From contig JBMNIF010000002.1 of NCBI GenBank assembly GCA_050950765.1, positions 768,001-832,000 of the forward strand: DNA of 64,000 bases, read 5' to 3'. This document shows, piece after piece, positions 21,701-32,200 of this stretch. The position numbers were made by a program, and so were the translations under genes. The notes beneath the pieces are model-generated. The model saw nothing but the letters and a program-made list of their open reading frames with translations, had not been told where the DNA came from and did no database searches. How positions within the stretch are numbered: the stretch's first letter is position 1; each line of letters opens with the position of its first letter. The stretch comes from Bdellovibrionota bacterium (GTDB lineage Bacteria > Bdellovibrionota_C > UBA2361 > JAAYZI01).

Positions 21701-24700
21701 AGCAGGAGTGGTTGCCGACCAAGTTGAAGGATTTATTCCCAACCGCCCATAGTCATTATCTCCCCAACAGTAGAGTTCTCCTTGTGTTGTTACGGCACAG
21801 GTATGACCATATCCAGCAGAAACTTGGCTTACATCTTTTAAATATGTACCTACACCTCCTTGCTCTCCTTTTAAAACTCTAACAGGGGTAGTGTGATATC
21901 CAGTTGGACCATTATTCCCTAATTGTGAGGTGCTATTATTTCCCCAACAGTAGAGCTCTCCATCTCCTGTTACGGCGCAGGTATGATCATGACCTGCAGA
22001 AACTTGGCTTGCTCCATTTAAAAAAGTTCCGCCCTGTTCTCCCCCCTTTACCAAGTCCGGTCTTAAACTATTACTTGTACCCCCATTGCCTAATTGCCCA
22101 CTATCTCCCCTTCCCCAACAATATACATTTTTATCTATATCTGCTGTTATGGCGCAGGTATGTCTATCACCAGCACTTACCGATAGCATTGATTTTTGTA
22201 TAGGAGTTGGCGTTGGTGTTGGCTCATCTGTCGGAGTCCCAGTTGGAGAATCCGTTGGATTATTTGTCGGTGTCCCTGTTGGAGAGTCAGTTGGATTATT
22301 AGTCGGAGTCCCTGTCGGTTGGTTTGTTGGATTATTTGTAGGTGTTCCCGTTGGTTCATTCGTCGGTGTTGGTGTCGGTTCATTTGTTGGGGTTGGTGTC
22401 GCGGTTGGAGTACTTGTAGGAGCACCTCCTTGATAAACTATACTATAATCACCTGCGGCTCCGTAACAACAACTACCATTTATTCCGCTACACCCCAACT
22501 GATTTACATTAGCATAATCCCAGTGTGAACAGCAGGCAGCTTGACACGGTGCGGTTCCAGTGCCATCGAAGATTTCAATAGGTGTTGGGTTGTTTATATT
22601 ACCAGTAGAGCCATCTCCTAGCGCTCCATATTCCGAATCTCCCCAACAAAAAAGTTCACCTAGATCTGATACTGCACATGTATGCCACCCACCACTAGCC
22701 ACTTGAAATGTACTGTCGCCAAGTGTGCCGTCTACTGCGACAGGAATTTGTGAACCTACTGTAAAACCACTTCCTAATTCTCCATTACCACCAGTTCCCC
22801 AACAAAAAAGTTTTTCCGTTATCGTTTTTGCACAGGTATGAGGATTATGCCCTAGTGTAGTAGATACTTGACTTAGATTTTCTAAATATGTACCTACACC
22901 AGCCTGCTCACCTTTTAAAACCCTTGTAGGAGTATATTGTCCTGTTTTAAAACCGATACCCAATTGTCCAGAGCCATTATTTCCCCAACAGTAGAGCTCT
23001 TCTGTGGTTGTTACTGCACATGTATACATCGCTCCAGCTGATACTTGCCTTACATTTTCTAAATATGTACCTCCGCCGCCCTGTTCTCCTTTTAAAACTC
23101 TTACAATAGTAGTTTGCAGTGCCGCAGAATTGATTCCCAACTGTCCCGAAAAATTACCTCCCCAACAGTAGAGCTCTCCTTGAGTTGTGACGGCGCAGGT
23201 ATGATCATATCCAGCAGAAACTTGGCTTACATCTTCTAAATACGTACCTGCACCTCCCTGTTCTCCTTTTAAAACCCTAGCAGGAGTGGTTGCCGACCAA
23301 GTTGAAGGATTTATTCCCAACCGCCCATAGTCATTATCTCCCCAACAGTAGAGTTCTCCTTGTGTTGTTACGGCACAGGTATGACCATATCCAGCAGAAA
23401 CTTGGCTTACATCTTTTAAATATGTACCTACACCTCCTTGCTCTCCTTTTAAAACTCTAACAGGGGTAGTGTGATATCCAGTTGGACCATTATTCCCTAA
23501 TTGTGAGGTGCTATTATTTCCCCAACAGTAGAGCTCTCCATCTCCTGTTACGGCGCAGGTATGATCATGACCTGCAGAAACTTGGCTTGCTCCATTTAAA
23601 AAAGTTCCGCCCTGTTCTCCCCCCTTTACCAAGTCCGGTCTTAAACTATTACTTGTACCCCCATTGCCTAATTGCCCACTATCTCCCCTTCCCCAACAAT
23701 ATACATTTTTATCTATATCTGCTGTTATGGCGCAGGTATGTCTATCACCAGCACTTACCGATAGCATTGATTTTTGTATAGGAGTTGGCGTTGGTGTTGG
23801 CTCATCTGTCGGAGTCCCAGTTGGAGAATCCGTTGGATTATTTGTCGGTGTCCCTGTTGGAGAATCTGATGGAGTAGGTGATCCACCTCTTAACGGTACC
23901 ATCGGAAAGTTGGAGACTCGAGGAGGGGTTGGTGTAACATGCGGTGTTTGCTTTAAAGGAGGTGTAGGTGTAGCGGTTGGTGTTACTGTATCACAACCTT
24001 CATCAGTATAGCCGTCACAATCATCATCGATACCGTTACCGCAAATTTCTGCTGATGGGGTGACCCTCTCTGCTGTGCAGATCAATCTACCGTTAGAACA
24101 TACACTTAAGGTTCCCTCTCTATAACAAGCTCCCATCAAATTATTAGTGCAAAAAGTTCCGTACTCTGCTGCATCGCTATCAGTTATTCCGTTACCGTCA
24201 TCATCAATGTTATTACAAGCGATCTCTTCAGTTTTTTTATCGAAGGTTGTTTGCTTCGGTGTTGTATTGGTATCAGTAGAGTTTTGTCCTAATTGACCAA
24301 AGTTGTTATCTCCCCAACAATAAAGGTCATCGTGTGAGTTTATGCCGCAGATCGATTGATAACCGAGACCGGAGTTTGAACAGGAGATAGCGTTAACAGT
24401 ATATGCACCTAACAAACCTGAATTAGAAATGGTACTCGGATCTGTTACAAGTTTTGGAACTTTAGTATCTTCCCCAGTAACACCGAGACCACCGCCACTA
24501 TTTTTCCCCCAACAATAAACTTTGCCGAGTGCATTCATGGCGCAGCTATAACCAGAACCTGCAGAAACAGAGGTGACAGAACTTTCATCTAATAGCCCTG
24601 TCGGAGAAGATACACTTTTATCATAGATAGGGGACGGGGTGTATTGATACCCCACACTACCATTTCCAAGCGCTCCCCAACTACCATCGCCCCAACAGAA

Positions 24701-25813
24701 AAGTTTACCGTTTCTATTTATGGCACAGATATGCGTTGTGCCTGCTGAAAGTGCAGAAGCAGGATTCCCTTCAAGGGTACCACTAAGATCCGGATCTGCA
24801 TTGTAAATAGGGGTGGGGTTTTTAACTTTCTCGCTCTCATTATTATTAATCCCCAACTGCCCGAAATCGTTTTTACCCCAACAGAAAAGTTTCCCCTCTT
24901 CATCTATGGCACAGGTAAAACCGTATCCCGCAGAAACTTTAAGAACGCCTTTTCCATTTAATAATCCGTTAGAGGCTTCTTCACTTACGTCATAAATAGG
25001 GCTGGGGAGGAAGCGAGCACCTTTTTTATCTATTCCGAGTTGTCTAAAAGAGTTATCTCCCCAACAATAAAGTTTATACTCTTCGTTGATGGCGCAGATA
25101 TGGGTTGTGCCGGAGCTCTCTCCTTCTGAATAATCGTCGGTTGAAGCACCTACTGAAACAGCGATAACTTTTTTTGAATCAAGAAGACCACTATAAGAAA
25201 ATGTAGCTGGGTCTTCAATTAATTGTGGAACGTTGTAGCCAAAGCCTGAGATACCGATCCCTAATTGGCCGACACTATTCTCTCCCCAGCAGTAAAGTTT
25301 TCCGGAGGTGTTGATGGCGCAGGTATTATTGGCATTAGCAGAAACAGCAACAACACCTTCCTCTCCCAGTAGACCTGAAAAAGAGCTTGTAGCAGAGTCA
25401 TAAGTTAAAGTTGGAGATGTTGCGTTGTTAATGTTGTTAATTCCGAGTTGACCGGAAGAGTTAAGCCCCCAGCAATAGAGATGCCCTTCAGCAATAGCAC
25501 AGGCGTGAAAGTAGCCCATAGAGATGGAGCTTACTTTGGTCGCAAGATAAGATGCGTTATCTCCAGAGAGATCATGTTTTAGAGATAGCGATCTTTTTAA
25601 GATAGAAGAGAGAGAGAAGTTCTCAATATAAAAACTTTGTGATGTTGGTGGTGTTGGTAGCCTCTTTAGTAGATTGAAATTATAGCCATAGATTATAGAA
25701 GGGGCAGGGAAGAAGAGCTCTTCAGAGTAAGCTAATGGGAGAAGTGGCTTACAAAAAAGAGTGATAATTATCAGTAAGGTTATATATATGTTTTTTATAC
25801 TTAATTTCTGCAT
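15734..25813 (-). CDS. giant secreted RCC1-repeat protein (four beta-propellers, Cys-rich CNxIDDDCDG repeats, TSP3-like Ca-binding repeats, Pro/Thr stalks, basic C-terminal domain)
   Basis: Repeated VSAGxxHTCA...LYCWGxNxxGQLG blades; signal peptide from MQKL (25813); [13 protein letters not shown] motifs; GVCGCG..D.D.DG.PDC.D. Confidence 0.9.
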   Translation of the reverse strand: MQKLSIKNIYITLLIIITLFCKPLLPLAYSEELFFPAPSIIYGYNFNLLKRLPTPPTSQSFYIENFSLSSILKRSLSLKHDLSGDNASYLATKVSSISMGYFHACAIAEGHLYCWGLNSSGQLGINNINNATSPTLTYDSATSSFSGLLGEEGVVAVSANANNTCAINTSGKLYCWGENSVGQLGIGISGFGYNVPQLIEDPATFSYSGLLDSKKVIAVSVGASTDDYSEGESSGTTHICAINEEYKLYCWGDNSFRQLGIDKKGARFLPSPIYDVSEEASNGLLNGKGVLKVSAGYGFTCAIDEEGKLFCWGKNDFGQLGINNNESEKVKNPTPIYNADPDLSGTLEGNPASALSAGTTHICAINRNGKLFCWGDGSWGALGNGSVGYQYTPSPIYDKSVSSPTGLLDESSVTSVSAGSGYSCAMNALGKVYCWGKNSGGGLGVTGEDTKVPKLVTDPSTISNSGLLGAYTVNAISCSNSGLGYQSICGINSHDDLYCWGDNNFGQLGQNSTDTNTTPKQTTFDKKTEEIACNNIDDDGNGITDSDAAEYGTFCTNNLMGACYREGTLSVCSNGRLICTAERVTPSAEICGNGIDDDCDGYTDEGCDTVTPTATPTPPLKQTPHVTPTPPRVSNFPMVPLRGGSPTPSDSPTGTPTNNPTDSPTGTPTDEPTPTPTPIQKSMLSVSAGDRHTCAITADIDKNVYCWGRGDSGQLGNGGTSNSLRPDLVKGGEQGGTFLNGASQVSAGHDHTCAVTGDGELYCWGNNSTSQLGNNGPTGYHTTPVRVLKGEQGGVGTYLKDVSQVSAGYGHTCAVTTQGELYCWGDNDYGRLGINPSTWSATTPARVLKGEQGGAGTYLEDVSQVSAGYDHTCAVTTQGELYCWGGNFSGQLGINSAALQTTIVRVLKGEQGGGGTYLENVRQVSAGAMYTCAVTTTEELYCWGNNGSGQLGIGFKTGQYTPTRVLKGEQAGVGTYLENLSQVSTTLGHNPHTCAKTITEKLFCWGTGGNGELGSGFTVGSQIPVAVDGTLGDSTFQVASGGWHTCAVSDLGELFCWGDSEYGALGDGSTGNINNPTPIEIFDGTGTAPCQAACCSHWDYANVNQLGCSGINGSCCYGAAGDYSIVYQGGAPTSTPTATPTPTNEPTPTPTNEPTGTPTNNPTNQPTGTPTNNPTDSPTGTPTNNPTDSPTGTPTDEPTPTPTPIQKSMLSVSAGDRHTCAITADIDKNVYCWGRGDSGQLGNGGTSNSLRPDLVKGGEQGGTFLNGASQVSAGHDHTCAVTGDGELYCWGNNSTSQLGNNGPTGYHTTPVRVLKGEQGGVGTYLKDVSQVSAGYGHTCAVTTQGELYCWGDNDYGRLGINPSTWSATTPARVLKGEQGGAGTYLEDVSQVSAGYDHTCAVTTQGELYCWGGNFSGQLGINSAALQTTIVRVLKGEQGGGGTYLENVRQVSAGAMYTCAVTTTEELYCWGNNGSGQLGIGFKTGQYTPTRVLKGEQAGVGTYLENLSQVSTTLGHNPHTCAKTITEKLFCWGTGGNGELGSGFTVGSQIPVAVDGTLGDSTFQVASGGWHTCAVSDLGELFCWGDSEYGALGDGSTGNINNPTPIEIFDGTGTAPCQAACCAHWDYANVNQLGCSGINGSCCYGAAGDYSIVYQGGAPTSTPTATPTPTNEPTPTPTNEPTGTPTNNPTNQPTGTPTNNPTDSPTGTPTNNPTDSPTGTPTDEPTPTPTPIQKSMLSVSAGDRHTCAITADIDKNVYCWGKGDRGQLGNGGTSNSLRPDLVKGGEQGGTFLNGASQVSAGHDHTCAVTGDGELYCWGRGDSGQLGNGGTSNSLRPDLVKGGEQGGTFLKDVSQVSTGANHTCAVTTQGELYCWGDNDYGRLGINPSTWSATTPARVLKGEQGGAGTYLEDVSQVSAGEYHTCAVTTQGELYCWGGNFSGQLGIGSASSQDTPVKVLKGAQISSTNYLENVRQVSAGAMYTCAVTTTEELYCWGDNGPGQLGIGFKTGQYTPTRVLKGEQAGVGTYLEDVSQVSTTLGDNPHTCAKTITEKLFCWGTGGNGELGSGFTVGSQIPVAVDGTLGDSTFQVASGGWHTCAVSDLGELFCWGDSEYGALGDGSTGNINNPTPIEIFDGTGTAPCQAACCAHWDYANVNQLGCSGINGSCCYGAAGDYSIVYQGGAPTNTPTATPTPTNEPTPTPTNEPTGTPTPTPTPECYGDPNYGLLGSVCSGGVGRCAYSGNWICDNGAVVCSDTGELPLADDSLCNGIDDDCDGLTDEDYVSVSCDTGLHGWCAAGTTSCNAGSVVCNQTNSPTTEIACNDIDDDCDGITDTDAAGYGDACNNGLLGACYQTGTMSVCEGGVLTCSAPNVEPTTEIACNNIDDDCDGITDTDAAGYGDACNNGLLGACYQTGTMSVCEGGVLTCSAPNVEPTTEVACNNIDDDCDGITDTDAAGYGDACNNGLLGACYRTGTMSLCDGGVLTCSAPNVEPTTEICGNGIDEDCDGSDLPCPGCFEDPNYAQIGQACTTGSGNCVATGTYQCSGPLPTDPVTCNITTPAAACCEDPNFSQLGEVCFAGNGVCRSAGTYNCDGALTNSSVVCDAVPNEGNAVPENTELLCTDGLDNDCDGLADELDPDCDLCPFDENKLFPGVCGCGVPETDSDGDGTPDCIDNCPSDPNKTEAGVCGCGVVESLVDTDSDGVPDCIDGCPNDVLRTEAGICGCNYRDFSGAFRRDFDICKIGEFEKSGPVGDCAKECEVDSSGNPLPGCAAVTCTCDKYASCRSYYGRCTPDESGEFGDFDGDGILNCKDYCVDDPEEDQLMPFFKPLLRAFGFASGCSTPYPEDSNTPTPIPTATPEGAPSATPTATPTPTPTITPTTTSTPTPIPTATPEGAPSATATATPIVTEEPAATPTPTITSTPTPIPTATPEGAPSATPTATPIVTEEPTATPTPTATSAPTPIPTATPEGAPSATPTATPIVTEEPTATPTPTATSTPTPIPTATPEGAPSATPTATPIVTEEPTATPTATPIVTEEPTATPTPTATSTPTPIPTATPEGAPSATPTATPIVTEEPAATPTPTPTATSTPTPIPTATPKATEEPTATPTTTATSTPTPLQTESATSTPTSTPTVIPVYTPTPSLTLTPTPTISPTLHPTPPQEDRCPDDPLKTEEGICGCGVPDIDTDGDGVADCFDECPYDSIKSERGVCGCETPDTDINNNGIPDCFDSNIKSDQVLIIGFSNPPLKPYVQARKRKLFIYGEHFNAAASKQIAAKRIGKQNAHNKMKIRYQMEIIARRYKQRGKVVKQKKIRRALPNEKNVLSLKITHKRYSVRYRVLLLNGKKIIHRTPWSEKKEVILK
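16380..17280 (-). repeat. Pro/Thr-rich coding tandem repeats (~120-bp unit, [27 protein letters not shown]...)
   Basis: Near-identical units are visible in both DNA and protein. Confidence 0.9.
18335..18880 (-). repeat. three 180-bp coding repeats ([32 protein letters not shown]...[10 protein letters not shown])
   Basis: Period 180 (e.g. CAGTCATCATCGATAT recurring at ~18486, 18663-18666 and 18840). Confidence 0.85.
19190..23863 (-). repeat. three tandem propeller+stalk cassettes (~1578 bp); copies 1 and 2 nearly identical, copy 3 variant
   Basis: Identical shadow ORFs recur at 20508/22086/23664 (period 1578). Copy 3 is about 9 nt shorter and has swapped loops. Confidence 0.95.
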
Positions 25814-25839
25814 ATCTATCCCGCGATCCATGGGCTAAA

Positions 25840-25867
25840 GGATCGGCATGGCTTGAAGAAAACTTTA
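25840..25867 (-). promoter_or_regulatory. sigma28 (FliA/SigD)-type promoter
   Basis: Minus strand reads TAAA-GTTTTCTTCAAGCCAT(16)-GCCGATCC, upstream of the giant RCC1 gene. Confidence 0.75.
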
Positions 25868-26028
25868 GTAAAAACGGTGTCGCTACCCACCTAAAAATCT
25901 TAGTAAAAACAAAGATATAGAATACAGGGCACTGTCCTGTAATATGTTTTACGTGTTTAGTGCAAAAAAACTTTAGGAAAAATTAGGAAAAATTAGGAGT
26001 TTTAGTAGTTTTACCTATTAATGATGAT

Positions 26029-26414
26029 GGAGCGGGCTGAAACTGAAAAGTGAATCGGTTAGGTTTTTACGGAGGTAAAAAATTCAACTTACTAGGAACG
26101 CTTGAACGGGCTGAAACTGAAAAGTGAATCGGTTAGGTTTTTACGGAGGTTAAAAAATTGAACGGGCTGAAACTGCAGAACGAGTTAGCTAGATCTTAAC
26201 GGAGGTTAAAACACCCTCTAAGGACGGCTGAACGGGCTGAAACTGAAAAGTGAATCGGTTAGGTTTTTTACGGAGGTTAAAAAATTGAACGGGCTGCAAC
26301 TGCAGAACGAATTAGCTAGATCTTAACGGAGGTAAAAAATTCAACTTACTAGGAACGCTTGAACGGGCTGCAACTGCAGAACGAATCAGCTAGGTTTTTA
26401 CGGAGGTTAAAAAT
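26029..26414 (+). repeat. cluster of six mosaic repeat units (GAACGGGCTG-core-ACGGAGGTTAAAAA)
   Basis: CGGGCTG at 26033, 26107, 26163, 26233, 26290 and 26364; two core variants plus one hybrid; linker TTCAACTTACTAGGAACGCTT occurs twice. Confidence 0.9.
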
Positions 26415-29108
26415 TTAAGCAAAGCTACAATCTGTTTTTATTGCTTTAAGGGTTTTTATTCCGAAGGAGGTAAACACCTTCTGAATTTCGTGAGGTCTGA
26501 TAGATGCGCCGTTTGTCACAATAGTTTTCATAAAGATTCCGTCCTGATCTACTGTCGGTGAAACCTGCTTTAGTAACTCCATGACGGCGTGTGAAAGGTT
26601 TAAGGTGCCACAGTAAATATCTTTTATAAGGGGTCTAACATCACGTTCTTTTGGACGTTGAGTCCGCTCCGTGCACTGAACGGAGAGCTCTTTTGCTGCT
26701 AAGATGGCGCTAATGGCATCACTTGGATCGACTGCTTCAAGTAGTGGGATGAAATAGGAGAACTCCTGTATGATACTTTGAATGCTACGTTCTTTCTTTT
26801 TGAGCTTTGTTGTAGAGTTGAAGATGATTCCTGGTTCCGAAGCGTCTTGTAATTTTTTTAAGATATCAGCGCACTCACTCCAAGCTTGTGGCACCATAAT
26901 ATCGGCATATTCACACAAGCTAGAAACTCCAAGTGGAAGTGCTGGACCTAATGCAATAACGGGACGCTTGGTAAAACCTGCAGAATAAACGACCTCTACC
27001 CCTGAACGGCGAAAGATGCGTGCTATAACTTTTTGTAGATCGAGGTGTGAAATAAAACTGATAGCGCCGATCTTTGAATAGCAAATTCTATAAAAAGCCC
27101 CTTCTACTTGACCACGCAAAGGAGGTGCAGTAGGCAGAGCGGTGTTTTTATTAAATTCAGTGTAGGCAGTGGGGGTGGTGGCACCTAGCGATTCTAGGAA
27201 GGTGCGTCGCATCGCTTTTAACTTTTTAAGATCACATTTTAATCCGCAATTGTGACAAACTAAGGGACGTGTATCAGCATCGAGATCTTGAACGGTGTTG
27301 AAGTGAACTTTTTCGCCTAAGGGCTTACCGCAAGGGGGAGTTTGTAACGCTTCATGAGCATGCCGCCACTCTTTAATAAGAAAATCTTTTGTAACACCGA
27401 TATCGATATGATCCCACGGCAAGCGACTCTCTAGGGGTAGCTCTTTAGTGTACAGATCTGTTTGAAGGTGTAGCTCTGCTATACTTTCTTGCCAAAGATT
27501 GAAATCAAAACAATTGCGCCAGCCGTCAAAGCGCGCACCTTTTTCCCACGCCACTTCAAGCAAGCGTCCCAGTCTGCGGTCTCCTCTAGCAAATAACCCC
27601 TCCAGAACTGAGATCTTTGAAAAGTGGTGCCGAAATTTAAGTTTGGCTTGACGCGATCCTGCAAAGAGGAGTTCCTGTTTTCTATCGATCTCTGAAAGTG
27701 GGATCATAGCTGCCCACTGAAAAGGGGTGTGTGGTTTTGGAACAAAAGATGAAACGGAAAGTGTAATATCGAAAGTTTTAGCACCTGTTTCCCTAGCTGT
27801 TTTTTTAATTAGTGAACCGAGATCGATGATACCTTGAACATCTTGATCTGTCTCCGTTGGAAGTCCGATCATGAAGTAGAGCTTCATCTTAGTCCAACCA
27901 CGCGAAAAGATATTTTGGGTGGTTTTAATCAGATCTTCCGTTGTAACATTTTTATTTATAACTCGACGTAAACGCTCGCTACCTGCTTCCGGTGCAAAAG
28001 TTAAGGAGGTGTTTTTTACGCCTGCGAGTTTATCCAAGATGCGTGGATCTAAACCGTAGGCGCGCAATGAACTGATACCGAGTTCAGCTCTACGACTCGC
28101 CACGATATCTAGTAGCTGAATGATTAGCGGAGTAACTGCTGAATAATCTGCCGTTGAAAGACAGGTTAGGGAGGTCTCCTCAAAACCGCCTGCGGCTAAG
28201 CCTTCAATGATGGTTTTAATGATCTGTTTCGGTGGACGCTCTCTAATCGGACGATAGATCATACCAGCTTGGCAGAAGCGACACCCTTCGGTACAGCCGC
28301 GAGATAGCTCAACTGAAAAACGATCAAAAACAGTTGTAGTATGAGGGATAGGAGCTTTCGTTGGGAATTTATACGGAGTGATGTCGGAGATAATGTTACG
28401 TTTTATGCGTGACGGTATCTGCGGATAGTTCGGTAATGTTTTTGGTGTTACATATTGTAGTCCACTAACGTTACAGACGTTAAGATCGTATAGTGACGGA
28501 ATATAAACTCCGTCTAGACCGATAAACGTTTTAAGAATTTCAGATCTGGAAGCTCCCTTTCGTTTTAACTCTCCTGTTTTGCGGATGATATCTGCAAAAA
28601 GTTCCTCGCCATCTCCGATTGTAAAAATATCTACAAAGTCTGCTAACGGTTCCGGCTGTGTTGCGCAGGGACCGCCACAACTGATAATCGGTTCATCATC
28701 GCGTCTTTCTGAAGAACGTCTTGTGATGCCTGCTAAATCCAACATGGTCAAGATGTTGGTGTATGTCATCTCGTATTGTAGAGAAAAACCGATCAGATCA
28801 AATTGATTAAGTGGAGTGAAAGATTCTAATGAGACAAGGGGTAAGTTACGTTTTCTTAACTCCTGCTCGGCGTCTATCCATGGAGCAAAACAACGCTCCA
28901 AGAGTAGGTCAGGATGTTTATTAACATCTTCATATAAGATCTTTAGTCCGAGATGACTCATCCCGATTTCGTAAAGATCTGGAAAGCAGATGACGGCACT
29001 GGCACTACACAGAGCTTTATCTTTATTGACGCTATAAAGCTCACCCCCGATGTAACGAGCAGGGCGCTCTAAAGCATCTAAAAAATCACAATACGGATTA
29101 GCGACCAT
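26415..29108 (-). CDS. TIGR03960-type B12-binding radical SAM protein fused to a TIGR03936/DUF2344 domain
   Basis: PARYIGGE, FPDLYEIGMSHLG, RGCTEGCRFCQAG (CxxxCxxC), FAPEAGSERLR; C-terminal FISHLDL...YSAGF..RP...GPALPLG. Confidence 0.9.
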   Translation of the reverse strand: MVANPYCDFLDALERPARYIGGELYSVNKDKALCSASAVICFPDLYEIGMSHLGLKILYEDVNKHPDLLLERCFAPWIDAEQELRKRNLPLVSLESFTPLNQFDLIGFSLQYEMTYTNILTMLDLAGITRRSSERRDDEPIISCGGPCATQPEPLADFVDIFTIGDGEELFADIIRKTGELKRKGASRSEILKTFIGLDGVYIPSLYDLNVCNVSGLQYVTPKTLPNYPQIPSRIKRNIISDITPYKFPTKAPIPHTTTVFDRFSVELSRGCTEGCRFCQAGMIYRPIRERPPKQIIKTIIEGLAAGGFEETSLTCLSTADYSAVTPLIIQLLDIVASRRAELGISSLRAYGLDPRILDKLAGVKNTSLTFAPEAGSERLRRVINKNVTTEDLIKTTQNIFSRGWTKMKLYFMIGLPTETDQDVQGIIDLGSLIKKTARETGAKTFDITLSVSSFVPKPHTPFQWAAMIPLSEIDRKQELLFAGSRQAKLKFRHHFSKISVLEGLFARGDRRLGRLLEVAWEKGARFDGWRNCFDFNLWQESIAELHLQTDLYTKELPLESRLPWDHIDIGVTKDFLIKEWRHAHEALQTPPCGKPLGEKVHFNTVQDLDADTRPLVCHNCGLKCDLKKLKAMRRTFLESLGATTPTAYTEFNKNTALPTAPPLRGQVEGAFYRICYSKIGAISFISHLDLQKVIARIFRRSGVEVVYSAGFTKRPVIALGPALPLGVSSLCEYADIMVPQAWSECADILKKLQDASEPGIIFNSTTKLKKKERSIQSIIQEFSYFIPLLEAVDPSDAISAILAAKELSVQCTERTQRPKERDVRPLIKDIYCGTLNLSHAVMELLKQVSPTVDQDGIFMKTIVTNGASIRPHEIQKVFTSFGIKTLKAIKTDCSFA

Positions 29109-29265
29109 AAATAGAAGGATAGCCACTAATCAAAAAAAAGTAAAAACCGTGTATTTCCTATAAAATTCAGTGGAAGTTATAAGGGTGTTTTTTATCTTCG
29201 ATCTGATTAAAGAGGGTGAATTTCTGTATCTTTATGGTATTAAAAAATAGAGTGGTATTTAGGCT

Positions 29266-32200
29266 TTATTCGCACACTTCAATAACATCACTGAATCTTG
29301 TTAAAACCTGTTTCACGCTTCTTAGTTTTTTCCTTAAAGCTCGCACTTCTTTTTGACCTTTAACATTAAGTGAAACACCGTGCTTTTTTCCTAAGTTTAT
29401 TCCAGCTGTGGTGAGTCTTCTTAACCGTTCACTATTTTTGCGAAACTCCCGTTTTAAATTTCTTAAATACTTTTCGGAACACTTGTTTGGATTGCAAACA
29501 GTTGTTTCAAGTATAGGCAATTGAAAACTTTCATCATAAGCATCTTGGAAGGTTAGATACGCTTTAAGTCTCTGATTACCGATCTGGCGTTTAAAGGTAG
29601 TTTTATGTTTTCCACGTCTTAATAGGATCCCTAAGACCCTTCGAGAGCTACTATAAAGGTCTGCTAAAGAATTACCCAATATGATCCTTTCTGCCGTCAT
29701 ATCTCGCAAATTGGTGCAATTATTTAAAGCGCTATCTCTCGTTTTTTCACCTTTAAAGGTAAAGAAATTTTCGCTTATCTCTGCTGTGAGTGTTACCTTT
29801 GGTTTCTCCATATTGTAGGTGTATTTCTGCATACGGAAGATGTAGTTCCAGTTTTTTATACTATTCTTGAAAATGACGGTGCCAGTTGAATCGGTGTTGC
29901 GACACCCCAATTCACCGCCGCAAACAAGAGCGTTAGGAATACCGACTCTATCTTCCGTTATCTTAACATTGAAGGTGACCTTTCTACCTCTATCGGGTTG
30001 AGCAACTTCATTGATAACAGCGAAGTTATTACTCACTCCACTTGCGCCACTAGTTACGTGTTGCGCCGTAATTGTCACAACACCACTGTTTCTTAATCTT
30101 ATGATGTGTTCAGAAAGGATGCCGTTTAAAAACGGTTGTGTTGTGCCTGTTCCTCGTCTTGCCGTAGCACCTGAAACGGAAACTTCAACACTTTCTTGGA
30201 AGTGATCAACTAAATTGTTGTATCTATCAAAAGCGGTGATCTTAATAGCAAAATCTTTTTTGATCAGTTGAGTTGGGATAAATCCTCCGACAATATTTTC
30301 AATTCTAAAATATCCAACCGTTGCAGCTTGAACTCTGAATTGATTTGATACTCCGCTTTGAGTGCCGTTACTGTATCTTGCGGTGAGGATATGTTGTCCC
30401 GCTAAAGTTAAAGTTACGGCATGAGAACTTAAGACTCCGTTTGTAAAGGGTGCGCTCACTTTTCCACTTACAACTTCAGAGATATCGGAGGTTATATTAA
30501 CAGTGCCGTTAAATCTATTCGCTAAATTATTATAAACATCATAGGCGGTGATCTTGACATTAAAAGGCGTTCCCGCAGTTTGAAGTCCGATCTCGCCGCC
30601 TGCTGCGTGCACTAGGGTGAAGTGGTCAAGGGTCGTGTGCACTACATCAAAATTATTTGAGGGGCCTACTTCTTCTCCTACACTATTTTTTGCTAAAAGT
30701 GAAAATGTTCCTGCTTTAGTTAATTTAATTGTGTGAAGAAGCTCTCCGTTCGTGAGAGGTGGTGTTGTGCCGCCACCTTCTTGAATGGCACCTTCAGATA
30801 TACTTATCTCAGTAGTTCCGTTAAAAGATCTAACCGTATTATTAAAGATATCGAGAGCGCGGATCTTTATTCTAAACGGCACCCCTGCCGTCTGCTCTAA
30901 GATATTGCCTGTAACCTCACCTTCAATTCTAAAATGATGAAGCGCTGTGTGTATTATAGTAATGTCATTGCTTCGACCGTTCCTACCTGTAACCTCATCT
31001 GTTGCAATAATAACGGAGATACCTGCTAATGAAAGACTGACATTGTGCTCTGCTAAAAATCCGTTAACGAAGTTTGCCGTTGCACCAGCACCAGAAAGTA
31101 GGTTCCCTGTTGATGAGATAGTAGTCGTGCCGTTAAAAGATTTAACGATATTTTCGAATTCATCGAGAGCTGTGATCTGGATAGGAAAAACTTCACCAGC
31201 ATAGTGATCTGAAATATTACCACCGTGTTTCTTTTCAATTAAAAATCTATAAAGTGGCGCATGTGTGACGTTAAATTGATTAGTTGTGCCGCTAGATCCA
31301 GAAAGTGCTTCGGTAGCACTTATAATATATCCATCTAAAGCAGTTTCTATATTTAGCTTATGGTTTGTTAAAACTCCTGCTGTAAAGTTTGGTGTTATGC
31401 CTCCGCCACCTGCAAGAGAGCCTATATTTGACGACAGATTCACTGTACCTGTAAAACTTGTTGCGGTGTTATTGTAGCTATCACGAGCTGTGATAGTTAT
31501 ACCGAAGTCCACTCCCGCAATCTGAGCAGCCACATCTCCACCTCCGTGAGCTTCAACGAGAAGGTTGTTGATGTTGCCGTGAGTGACGTTAAAGGTGTTA
31601 CTGTTTGAAGTTTTTTCTGCAGATTCTGCGGATTCTTTACCCGTTGCGGAGATATGAGTATCTCCAACACTACTGAAAGCAATGTCGTGTCTTGCTAAGA
31701 AGCCGTTTACAAAGGCGTTACTAACTCCCTCACCTTCGCGCAGAGTTTTGTTTGAGCCTATATTAACTGTTCCGTTAAAAGTTGTGACCCGATTGTCGTA
31801 CTTATCTAGCGCTGTGACCTGAATTGAAAAAACGTTATCGGTACTTTTCTCCGTAATATTACCACCTGTGCCAGCAGTTTCAATCAGAAATTTTTCAAGG
31901 TTTGTATGAGAGACTTCAAAAGCGTTACTCTCTGATTCGGTTGTTCCGCTTCTAACGGTGATCGTACAATCTTCAGCGGCGCTTGTTAATGTTATTTTAG
32001 TGCTAGCTAGAGTGCCTGCTGCCAAAGCAACTTCATTTTCCGTATCTTCGCTTAAGGCGCAGTTTGATGATATGGTTACCTTTTCACTAAAAGTTGTGAG
32101 TGTTTCATTCTCTTCATTTTCAGCTGTGATCTGAATATAAAAAGGCACTCCCGCCTCCTGTGCTCCTATGGCAGTGCCGGAGATAGCAGTTCGTATTGAA

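Noticed and set aside
16122..24995. Numerous short antisense or alternate-frame ORFs (GVGVGV-type) within the giant gene, and likewise in other long CDSs
   Set aside because: Shadow frames of Pro/Thr and tandem repeats.
26029..26414. CRISPR array
   Set aside because: The intervening sequences are themselves repeated, spacing is irregular, and related units are dispersed elsewhere.
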